Positions 36,533 to 44,520 of a stretch of DNA of 64,000 bases are shown here, piece by piece. The DNA is taken from IMG/VR virus record IMGVR_UViG_2728369369_000003, one strand, 5' to 3'. The translations under genes were made by a program, and so were the position numbers. The stretch is from a virus. The notes below the pieces were generated by a model. The model saw only the letters and a list, made by a program, of their open reading frames with translations, ran no database searches and had not been told where the DNA came from. Numbering within the stretch: the first letter of the stretch is position 1; every line of letters starts with the position of its first letter.

Positions 36533-37130
36533 AGACGTCGTTATCGATACCGAAACCATGGATACCGTGCCCAGCGCCCTACTGCTGTCTATCGGTGCCT
36601 TTGCGGTCGATGTCAGCGATCTGGAAGATACCCAGGCCAACATCCTGAAAGTTGCCCGCGATATTGACCTGCAGGACTTCTCCGTACTGGCCTTTTACAC
36701 CCGGCTCGACGCCACAGATCAGCTGATGCTAGGCCGAACCGTCAGCCAAAAGACCCAGACGTGGCGGAAAGACCAGGCCGAAGATGCACACGAAGCCCTA
36801 ACCGGCGATCGCGTAGCCCTCAGCGAAGCCCTGATCGGCCTCTCTCGCTGGCTGGATTATCACCCCGGCGCCAGGGTGTTTTTCCGTGGGCCAGATTTTG
36901 ACGGTGCCATTCTGGAGAACGCCTACCGCATGTGCGGTCTGGAGTGTCCATGGCGTTACAACGGCAAGCGCGACGTTAGGACATACATCGATACCAAGGT
37001 CCCAACCCGCGGGCGTAAGGGCTATTTAGAGGGGCACCAGCCGTGCTTCCAGATGATTAAGCACCATGCGCTTCATGACGCTATGAATGACGCAGAACAG
37101 ATGGCCATCGCGTATCAGGAGGCATGTTAA
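36525..37130 (+). CDS. DEDDh 3'-5' exonuclease
   Basis: VIDTETMD, FDGAILENAY, HHALHDA. Confidence 0.85.
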   Translation: MTKDVVIDTETMDTVPSALLLSIGAFAVDVSDLEDTQANILKVARDIDLQDFSVLAFYTRLDATDQLMLGRTVSQKTQTWRKDQAEDAHEALTGDRVALSEALIGLSRWLDYHPGARVFFRGPDFDGAILENAYRMCGLECPWRYNGKRDVRTYIDTKVPTRGRKGYLEGHQPCFQMIKHHALHDAMNDAEQMAIAYQEAC

Positions 37131-37945
37131 TGGCTAACTCATTCAAGAAAATGTGCAAAAAAGGCGGACCGATTAGCCGCCGTGACAGCGGCATGCTTAT
37201 CAAACTAGATGATATCCACGTACAGGAAGGTTTTAACAAGCGTGTCGATGATGAGCGGACGCAGCAGGCTGATGATGATCTATTTCAGTTCCTGTTTTCC
37301 GGCGGAACGGTGCCGCCGCTTGAGGTCCGTCCACGCGATGAGGGCGGTGTATGGGTCGTAGAGGGGCACCGCCGCATTCGAGCGTATCGCCGGGTAAGAG
37401 AGGCTGGCAAACCCATCGAACTGATCGCCATCGCTCCCTTCACAGGTAGCGATGTGGAGCGCGTAGCGCGCATCATGACCAGCAACAACCAGCTGCCGCT
37501 GACGCAGTTTGAACAGAGCCTGGTAGTTAAAGAGTTGAGCGCGTTCAATTTAACGCCAGATGAAATCGCCAAGCTGATCCACAAAAGCCGCGCAACCGTA
37601 GACAAACTGCTGATCCTCAGCGCGTCGAATTACGACGTACAGCAGCTGGTGAAAGATGGCGAGGTGGCAATGGATGTGGCAGTCGATCGCGTGAAGGAGC
37701 ACGGGGAGAGCGCCGGGGATGTACTGCAGGAGGATGTGAAGCGGGCGAAAGCCCAGGGGAAAAAGAAAGTTACCCGCAGCGTCACCCGCAACGTCACCGG
37801 CAGCCAGTTTAGCGCGACACGCGCGCGCCGGCTGGTTGAGCTGCTCAGCGATGCCGAGATCGATGGGGATGGACGCACCCTGGTCCTGCGGGAAGGGGTT
37901 GGTGAAGAGGTGCTGAAGATTATCAACGAATACATGCAGAGGTAA
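37130..37945 (+). CDS. ParB N-terminal-like domain protein
   Basis: VPPLEVRP...VVEGHRRIRAY, followed by HTH-like region. Confidence 0.8.
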   Translation: MANSFKKMCKKGGPISRRDSGMLIKLDDIHVQEGFNKRVDDERTQQADDDLFQFLFSGGTVPPLEVRPRDEGGVWVVEGHRRIRAYRRVREAGKPIELIAIAPFTGSDVERVARIMTSNNQLPLTQFEQSLVVKELSAFNLTPDEIAKLIHKSRATVDKLLILSASNYDVQQLVKDGEVAMDVAVDRVKEHGESAGDVLQEDVKRAKAQGKKKVTRSVTRNVTGSQFSATRARRLVELLSDAEIDGDGRTLVLREGVGEEVLKIINEYMQR

Positions 37946-37950
37946 GGTAT

Positions 37951-38151
37951 ATGGCTATTGACCTGATAAAAGAAGATGAAGTTTGTACACTGGTAAAACG
38001 TGGGCGCACCGCATTGTGGCGGCTGAAAAAAGAGCATGGCTTCCCAGAGCCGGTGTTAACGCGGCCATCATATTATAACCGCGAGGCTGTAGAAAAATGG
38101 CTGGCCGATGGAGGTGTTAACCGAGCTGTAGGTATTAACCAAGTTTCTTGA
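37951..38151 (+). CDS. xis: AlpA-like excisionase
   Basis: 66-aa wHTH, GFPEPV motif, convergent with integrase. Confidence 0.82.
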   Translation: MAIDLIKEDEVCTLVKRGRTALWRLKKEHGFPEPVLTRPSYYNREAVEKWLADGGVNRAVGINQVS

Positions 38152-39304
38152 CGTGCCAAAATATTTTATCGGCATACAGCTCATAGGCATCGCGCTGTTC
38201 ATCAAGCCAATCGTGTTTATTATAAACAGCCATTACCCCGCCAAGCTCATGCCCCAGCATCTTTTCGGTGACATGGGGCATAACCCCCTCCTTCGAGAGG
38301 TTAGTAACAAGAGAACGGCGAAAATCATGTGGAGTCCAATCAGGGATATCTATTTTTTTCTTTAAATTTCGCATAAAAAGACCAGCCGTTGAACGATCAA
38401 GAGGACGATCTAAATACATGCCAGGGAATATAACACTATTCCCAATATCCGCCAGCCGCTTAATCTCTGGTTGTATCTGCTTAAATATCGGGCGTCTAAT
38501 AACGTTCCCCATTTTGGAGTGCGACTGTGGAGTTGTCCAAATCAGATCATCGAGGTTGAATTCATCAATCGTTGCCTCTCTAAGTTCCGATGAGCGTGGC
38601 CCCCACAGCATCAGTAATTGAAATAAAACCCTGTTCGATGTAACGATATTCAGGTTATCAAGCGCCTGCCATATTTTAGCGAGCTCCGTATACGTCAGTA
38701 CCCGGCCACCGACGTCAGGTTTTTTACCGATGTTTTTTGCACTCAGCTTCATCACCTCACACGACGGGATCATCTGCCGGCTGATACACCAGTTGATAAC
38801 GGAACGCAGCTGCAATAAAAGCACACGCGCTTTCTTCCCGTTCTTCTTTTCGTGTCGGTCAAAAAACTTGACCCATTGCCCGATCGGGATGTTAGTGACG
38901 GGGGCATCCCTAAATTCTGTGTACATCGTGTTGTACACAACAGACTTGTACAGCGTCTGGGTGTTAGGACGCAACGTCGTGACATACTTATCCCACCATG
39001 CATCGAGGCACTCTTGTAGAGTCAGCTCTCCATCGCTACGTGTAAAATAATTTTTAGGGTTCACCCCCTTGGCGTACAATGAACGCATCTCGCCTACGAT
39101 GATCCTGGACTCCTTGAGGCTGGTAGCGGGATAGCGCCCTACAGTGAGGCGGATCGGCTTGCCGTTCCAGCGATATCGATACTGAAATGTAACGGTCCCC
39201 GCTGGCGTAACTCTGGCGCTTAACCCGTCAGCATCGGTAAGCTCAGTCGGGCCAGTATATGGTTTTCCACTGATGCTTCGTAACTTCGTATCACTTAGAG
39301 CCAT
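38135..39304 (-). CDS. int: Tyrosine integrase of prophage 1
   Basis: Arm-binding N-terminus LSDTKLR...DADGL; GPRSSELR, HDFRRS, LGH, VYNK catalytic residues. Confidence 0.95.
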   Translation of the reverse strand: MALSDTKLRSISGKPYTGPTELTDADGLSARVTPAGTVTFQYRYRWNGKPIRLTVGRYPATSLKESRIIVGEMRSLYAKGVNPKNYFTRSDGELTLQECLDAWWDKYVTTLRPNTQTLYKSVVYNTMYTEFRDAPVTNIPIGQWVKFFDRHEKKNGKKARVLLLQLRSVINWCISRQMIPSCEVMKLSAKNIGKKPDVGGRVLTYTELAKIWQALDNLNIVTSNRVLFQLLMLWGPRSSELREATIDEFNLDDLIWTTPQSHSKMGNVIRRPIFKQIQPEIKRLADIGNSVIFPGMYLDRPLDRSTAGLFMRNLKKKIDIPDWTPHDFRRSLVTNLSKEGVMPHVTEKMLGHELGGVMAVYNKHDWLDEQRDAYELYADKIFWHVKKLG

Positions 39305-39315
39305 TGCGTTATCTC

Positions 39316-39360
39316 ATGTACACACACCAGATTGTAATTCTGTACTCAATCTGTACACAT
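39316..39360. repeat. TGTACAC-type repeats, probable integrase arm sites
   Basis: TGTACAC at 39317 and 39352, TGTACTC at 39341, immediately upstream of int. Confidence 0.6.
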
Positions 39361-39381
39361 TGGCAAGTGAACAAAGAGATT

Positions 39382-39405
39382 TACTGTAAAAAAATACAGT
39401 ATAAT
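39382..39405 (+). promoter_or_regulatory. SOS (LexA) box overlapping a perfect -10
   Basis: TACTGTAAAAAAATACAGTA (CTG-N10-CAG 39384-39399) followed by TATAAT 39400-39405; weak -35. Confidence 0.75.
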
Positions 39406-39429
39406 GAGGATCAACACGAAACAATCAGG

Positions 39430-39459
39430 TTGAAAAAAAGCAATAGGATACGGTAAGAT
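39430..39459 (+). promoter_or_regulatory. Probable tRNA promoter
   Basis: TTGAAA-N18-TAAGAT, 40 bp upstream of the tRNA. Confidence 0.5.
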
Positions 39460-39498
39460 AGCAACCATCATGAACGCTCATGATTAACGCGATACAAT

Positions 39499-39573
39499 GT
39501 TCCCTTAGTTAAATGGATATAACGAGCCCCTCCTAAGGGCTAGTTGCAGGTTCGATTCCTGCAGGGAACGCCA
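39499..39573 (+). tRNA. argW: tRNA-Arg(CCU)
   Basis: 75 nt; acceptor GTTCCCT/AGGGAAC, anticodon arm AGCCC-CTCCTAA-GGGCT, GGTTCGATTCC T-arm, encoded CCA. Confidence 0.97.
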
Positions 39574-39580
39574 TTACATA

Positions 39581-39733
39581 GTTCGTCAACATCCGCATAA
39601 GTTCGCTAACCCCACGCCAGATAAGCAATCACAGATAATTTCCGTCCGCTACCGTTCGATTTAGATCGTTGACAGCCGCACTCTTTTGCGGGTAAAAAGC
39701 GGGTAAAACATTTTACCCACCGGGATTTTACCC
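39581..39733 (+). promoter_or_regulatory. attL arm: phased RDF-type pentamers, arm-type repeats and int promoter
   Basis: GTTCG/ATCCG/GTTCG at 39581/39591/39601, GTCCG/GTTCG/GATCG at 39644/39654/39664; GCGGGTAAAA x2 (39688, 39699) and TTTTACCC x2; TTGACA at 39669. Confidence 0.7.
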
Positions 39734-40891
39734 ATGCTCACGGTTAAACAGATTGAAGCAGCAAAGCCAAAAGACAAGCCCTATCGCCTACTGGATAGCA
39801 ACGGGCTATACCTCTACATACCAGCCTCTGGAAAAAAGGTGTGGCAACTGCGTTTCAAACTAGGCGGTAAAGAGAAAATTTTAACCGTGGGTAAATATCC
39901 TCTTGTTTCTTTACAAGAAGCTCGTGACAAAGCCTACCAGGCAAGAAAGGATATTGCCGATGGTATAGATCCAGTAAGGACCAAAAAGGAAAGCGAGAAG
40001 GATAACTCATTCTCCGTGATCTATAAGGAATGGTACGCCCACAAGCGCCAAGTATGGTCTGAAGGGTATGCGAATGAATTACAGCGGATGTTTGAAACTG
40101 ATATTCTCCCGCTCATAGGTGCGATGGAGATGGATGAAATCGAGCCTATGGCCCTTTTGTCTGTTGTGAGGCGGATTGAAGAGCGCGGAGCCATGGAGAG
40201 AGCAAACAAGGCCCGGCGTCGTTGTGGTGAGGTGTTTCGTTACGCCATAGTAACGGGGAGAGCAAAATACAATCCAGCGCCTGATCTCGCTGATGCAATG
40301 AAGGGATACAGGAAGAAAAATTTCCCTTTCCTTCCTGCTGAACAGATCCCTGCATTCAACCAGGCATTGGCTGGATATTCAGGCAGTATAGTTTCGAAGA
40401 TTGCCACTATGGTTTTGCAGTATACAGCCCTGCGAACCAAAGAGCTCAGATCTATGAAATGGCCTAACGTCGATTTCACTTCCGGACTAATTACGATCGA
40501 CGAATCGGAAATGAAGAGCCGTAAGCCTCACATTGTCCCTATGTCACACCAAGTCGCTGAGTTGCTCAAAGCATTAAAGCCAGTCACTGAACCTGTATCG
40601 CAGTTTGTATTTGCCGGTAGAAATGATAAAAATAAGTCGATCAGTGAAAATGCCGTTCTATTGGTCATTCGCCAAATCGGCTATGAAGGGCTGGCGAGTG
40701 GTCACGGTTTCCGCCACCAATTTAGCACCATTCTACACGAGCACGAATGGCCTTCTGAGGCGATAGAGCGCCAACTTGCTCACACAGATAAACAGTCCGT
40801 GCGCGGGATCTATAACCATGCACAATATCTGGATAAAAGGCGAGAGATGATGCAATGGTGGGCTGACTGGATAGACGGCAATGCCGCATGA
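39734..40891 (+). CDS. int: P4/IntS-family tyrosine integrase of prophage 2
   Basis: MLTVKQIEAAKPKDKPYRLLDSNGLYL; ALRTKELR, HGFRHQF, LAH, IYNH. Confidence 0.95.
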   Translation: MLTVKQIEAAKPKDKPYRLLDSNGLYLYIPASGKKVWQLRFKLGGKEKILTVGKYPLVSLQEARDKAYQARKDIADGIDPVRTKKESEKDNSFSVIYKEWYAHKRQVWSEGYANELQRMFETDILPLIGAMEMDEIEPMALLSVVRRIEERGAMERANKARRRCGEVFRYAIVTGRAKYNPAPDLADAMKGYRKKNFPFLPAEQIPAFNQALAGYSGSIVSKIATMVLQYTALRTKELRSMKWPNVDFTSGLITIDESEMKSRKPHIVPMSHQVAELLKALKPVTEPVSQFVFAGRNDKNKSISENAVLLVIRQIGYEGLASGHGFRHQFSTILHEHEWPSEAIERQLAHTDKQSVRGIYNHAQYLDKRREMMQWWADWIDGNAA

Positions 40892-40990
40892 CCTTCGCGT
40901 TACGAACTCAAAGAATTGCCTTGCAACATAACCAACGCCGCGCTCACACCGTCCCACGCGTTTATGGCGTCCATGCCCCACCCCAATCAC

Positions 40991-41572
40991 TCAACCAGCC
41001 GGCTTTGGCGGCCATGCGATATCAGGAGCCGCCGAGGTATCAACTGCCTGAACCGCCTTGATGTAGGTCATCCAGGTAATCAGGGCAGCTTTATCGCTAT
41101 CGGTAATCATGCCGAGTTGCAGCTCCGTCTGCCACAAGCCAATTTTCTCTTGAGCTTCACTCAGTAGGAGGCTCTTTTTCTGTTCAGCAAGTTCCACATT
41201 AGCAGCATGCTGAGCATTGAGATCGGTAACCCATGCTGTACCATCCCACGCATCGTATGGTGTGCTTGGCTTTATCAGGGTATATCCTGGCTTTATGTCA
41301 CCAAGATACGTGACTTGCGATGACTCACCAGTTGACGTTGAATACACAGTATCCCCCCTGTGATCATCTATATATTCCCAAGCACTCCCGTTAAAAATAC
41401 GAGTTTTACCTGAAATTTCCTTTGGCGGCGTCAGAATAGTGGAGTCGCTTGGTATTCCTGTCCCTGATAATAATCTGACATCATAACCTCCAATAAACTC
41501 ATGATCATTACGAGAGAAACCATATACAGTCATGACGATATCGTTTATCGCATTACCATTCTTATCTAACAT
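40991..41572 (-). CDS. tfa: Tail fibre assembly protein
   Basis: SGTGIPSDSTILTPP, WEYIDDHRG, WQTELQLGMI...WP. Confidence 0.9.
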   Translation of the reverse strand: MLDKNGNAINDIVMTVYGFSRNDHEFIGGYDVRLLSGTGIPSDSTILTPPKEISGKTRIFNGSAWEYIDDHRGDTVYSTSTGESSQVTYLGDIKPGYTLIKPSTPYDAWDGTAWVTDLNAQHAANVELAEQKKSLLLSEAQEKIGLWQTELQLGMITDSDKAALITWMTYIKAVQAVDTSAAPDIAWPPKPAG

Positions 41573-41574
41573 AA

Positions 41575-43731
41575 TTATTTTGCCCTAGTGATATAATTCC
41601 ATGCTACAGACTTAACCCGAGTCTGTTCTGCGGTTCTAACGACATTAGAGGCATTAAACCCAATTGCACAATCACGCCTTTCAGTTCCGCCACCCCAGAC
41701 ATTAGCACCAATTTTATCAACCGAAAAAGCACCAGATGCTACGGGGGACGATCCATTAAATGGCATCCATCCAAATTGTCCTGTTATATTTTGTATTGCA
41801 TCATCTTGATAGCTGAGTAATGCGCGACCTATATCGATCCCCCTACCATTATCCCACCCTCTTGCGGTATACCCCCGCATATCTGTAGGAAGCCTGTTGT
41901 CAGGATACACATCATGTAATTTTGGGAATAGCTCTGGATCAAAAGATTGGCCCATGTATGGGATAAAGTGCATACCACAATTAGGCCATATTTCTTGAGG
42001 CATTCTCTCAAGTGCCCAAGGGATTAGCGATCCAATAAGCGGACATCCATACTCAAAACTGGAGTTAGGGTCATAAACTGCCCACGACTTAAAATTTGGT
42101 TGATCACCCCACTTAATTCTCGCTGCAATCTGACCATTGTGTGATATATACAGCTGAGATATTGTACCACTATTTGATGTTACATATAAAACACCATAAC
42201 CATAGATATATGATCCATTTTTCATTGGAAAGTCGGCAACAGATGATGGTGTCCCTACCGAGACCTCATAAATTCCTCCCTGGTTACACCCAGCAAAAGT
42301 TCCGCCATTGTTAAGACGTCCAATATATTTTGTTGACCATGCATTGCCTGCTAAAGTTACGGTTTCTTTTAACCCAAGGCATTCGATAGCACCGCCTTGG
42401 TCAGTTTTACTCAGTAGCGATTTAGCAAATATGCTCAAGTCCGCAGCCTCGACAGAGCTTGGCCCCGTCAACACAACGATCTTATTTGCCGCAGCCTGCA
42501 ACGCAGCAATCGCGCCCAGTAGTTCTGATTTATCCTGCTTGGTATCCAGCCCCCCAGAGATACGATCGGCCTCAACCTTGGCACTCTGTGCAGATCCTTC
42601 CGCCGCCAACGCACTCCCGGCGGCGGCTGTTTCCGAGACTTTCGCTGCGCTAGCACTACCTGCTGCCGCACTGGCTGAGCTTGATGCCTGAGACACTGAT
42701 TGCGCAGCAAATGATGCGCTCTCTGCCGCTGCAGTTTCTGAAGCTTTCACTGTATCGGCCAATCCCGCCGCCTGTGACGCTGACTGAGCGGCTGCTATTT
42801 GAGAATTATGAGCGCCACTTGCCGATCCTGCAGCCTGCTCTGCAGAGGAATGCGCTTCCGTGGCACTGGATGCTGCGCGATCTGCATCTGCACGTACAGC
42901 CTCTTTCAGAGTAGCCTCGGTTGCCTGTGCCGCTTTTGCAGCTGCATCATTTGCCGCAGTATCCGCAGAGGAGGTCGCGGCCAACTCCGACGCTTTCGCA
43001 GCATTCTGGCTGGCCAATGCTGCAACTGCGCTCTCCGCGGCTGCCGACTCTGAAGCATGGGCGGACTGCTGACTGGCCTGAGCGGCCAGGGCGCTACTGG
43101 CGGCTGCCTGCTCTGATTCTTTAGCTGCATTCTGACTGGCCAGCGCCGCAACAGCGCTGTCTGCTGCCGCAGACTCCGAGGCTTTGGCCGCTTGCTGGCT
43201 GGCCTGCGCAGACTGGGCGCCACTAGCAGCTAATTGCTCCGACGCTTTCGCGGCGTTCTGGCTGGCCAGTGCTGCAGTGGCGCTCTCCGCGGCTGCCGAC
43301 TCTGAACTATGGGCGGACTGCTGGCTATTCAGTGCTGATCGAGCGCTCTCTGCGGCGGCATCCTTATTTTTTTCAACCTCAGCAGACTGGGCTGAAACTT
43401 TGGCCACCATTATCTCAAACTCTTTCATCACATCAGGGCGTAAATCACCATCCACCGGGAGCCCTAGGAAATAGTTCAGGGTGCCATCAGGAGAGTCGTG
43501 GTAAATTTGGATATCCCCGACATACTCCGGCGGATATCCATCCACACAGAGCGTTACGCGGTACTGCCCTGGCTCCGCTGCCATGTCATATAGCCCTGCC
43601 TCTCCAGGGCTCTGTGATGCGACAGTATGAACAATGACGCTTGCGCTCGTTCGTAGCGCTTTCAACGCAATTTCACAATGGGTAATAGGTTTCCCCATCC
43701 CATCCTTTAGGATGCCAGTAATGCGTGCCAT
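41575..43731 (-). CDS. stf: Side tail fibre protein
   Basis: Stf-type N-terminus (GILKDGMGKP...DSPDGTLNYFL), Ala/Ser repeats, tail-collar motif PTDMRGYTARGWDNGRGID, RVKSVAWNYITRAK end. Confidence 0.92.
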   Translation of the reverse strand: MARITGILKDGMGKPITHCEIALKALRTSASVIVHTVASQSPGEAGLYDMAAEPGQYRVTLCVDGYPPEYVGDIQIYHDSPDGTLNYFLGLPVDGDLRPDVMKEFEIMVAKVSAQSAEVEKNKDAAAESARSALNSQQSAHSSESAAAESATAALASQNAAKASEQLAASGAQSAQASQQAAKASESAAADSAVAALASQNAAKESEQAAASSALAAQASQQSAHASESAAAESAVAALASQNAAKASELAATSSADTAANDAAAKAAQATEATLKEAVRADADRAASSATEAHSSAEQAAGSASGAHNSQIAAAQSASQAAGLADTVKASETAAAESASFAAQSVSQASSSASAAAGSASAAKVSETAAAGSALAAEGSAQSAKVEADRISGGLDTKQDKSELLGAIAALQAAANKIVVLTGPSSVEAADLSIFAKSLLSKTDQGGAIECLGLKETVTLAGNAWSTKYIGRLNNGGTFAGCNQGGIYEVSVGTPSSVADFPMKNGSYIYGYGVLYVTSNSGTISQLYISHNGQIAARIKWGDQPNFKSWAVYDPNSSFEYGCPLIGSLIPWALERMPQEIWPNCGMHFIPYMGQSFDPELFPKLHDVYPDNRLPTDMRGYTARGWDNGRGIDIGRALLSYQDDAIQNITGQFGWMPFNGSSPVASGAFSVDKIGANVWGGGTERRDCAIGFNASNVVRTAEQTRVKSVAWNYITRAK
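42900..43360 (-). repeat. Degenerate Ala/Ser-rich tandem repeats in Stf shaft
   Basis: ESAAA(E/D)SAxAALASQNAAK motif recurs several times in the translation. Confidence 0.8.
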
Positions 43732-43804
43732 ATCTACTCCGGATATAAAAAACCTGCTCATAGCAGGTCATAATGAATGCGTGGGATTTATAAGTAATGG
43801 ACGG

Positions 43805-44467
43805 TTAGAACATGAAACCGGCGCCGACAGAAAAGCCATGACTGCGGTCATCACCGCCAACACCGGTATATGAGAAGTCCAGGACATAACCTCCGGCGTT
43901 AAGCTGGACTCCGGCGGCGTAAGCCATCGATACACGGGTTAACTGCTGATCCGCAGTGTGCAAAGCCGTCCCAAGCACATCGTTAGCGCCATCGTCCACC
44001 TGAATATGCCAGCTCAGCCGATCAACGCTGGCACCCGCCAGCCCATATAAACTGAGATTGTCGGTAACTCGATACGATGGACCCGCCATGATCCCCCATC
44101 GCTGGGAACGGCTACGCCCATCAACAAGTACAGAGACACCCGGCCCATAATTATGCCCGCGCCGGATCTGCATTCCCCGGCGTAATCCGGTGTAACTTAG
44201 CCGCCCTATCACGCCCCAGCAGTCGGTAAACTCATAGCGATAGGAAAGTGCAACACCTTCCGCATCACGGTATGGCGTCGTGGACGCACCAAAGTGTTCA
44301 GATCCAATAAACTGATCTGTAATCTGCTTAAACCCAACCAAATCTTTCTCAACCTGGCTATTCGATTGCTGTATATAATTCAGCGTTATTGTTGAATCAC
44401 CTGAACTCGCTTGAGTCATACCAGCAGCAAAAAGAAAAATAGCAGGACATAAAATGCATACACGCAT
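43805..44467 (-). CDS. lom: Ail/Lom-family outer-membrane beta-barrel
   Basis: Signal peptide, YRYE motif, MAGPSYRVTDNLSLYGLAG, terminal Phe. Confidence 0.88.
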   Translation of the reverse strand: MRVCILCPAIFLFAAGMTQASSGDSTITLNYIQQSNSQVEKDLVGFKQITDQFIGSEHFGASTTPYRDAEGVALSYRYEFTDCWGVIGRLSYTGLRRGMQIRRGHNYGPGVSVLVDGRSRSQRWGIMAGPSYRVTDNLSLYGLAGASVDRLSWHIQVDDGANDVLGTALHTADQQLTRVSMAYAAGVQLNAGGYVLDFSYTGVGGDDRSHGFSVGAGFMF

Positions 44468-44520
44468 ACCAGATCCTTTTATGAAGGGTTAATGTGAAAT
44501 AGTAGAAATAAGGGAGGAAG

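Larger units (their letters stand above)
1..39498. mobile_element. Prophage 1 (SfV/ST64B-like regulatory arm, HK97-type head, lambda-type tail); left end outside window
   Basis: Continuous int-xis-early-cI/cro-replication-Q-lysis-head-tail gene order ending next to the tRNA 5' end; the exact att boundary cannot be fixed because the partner att is outside the window. Confidence 0.95.

Noticed and set aside
40892-40990. GGGGCATGGA/TGGGAC motifs between int2 and tfa as a leftover att arm of another phage
   Set aside because: Single short matches with no repeated partner in the window; not supportable.
41575-43761. Diversity-generating retroelement or invertible tail-fibre switch
   Set aside because: No reverse transcriptase, no template/variable repeat pair with A-specific mismatches, and no invertase or inverted crossover sites seen in the window.
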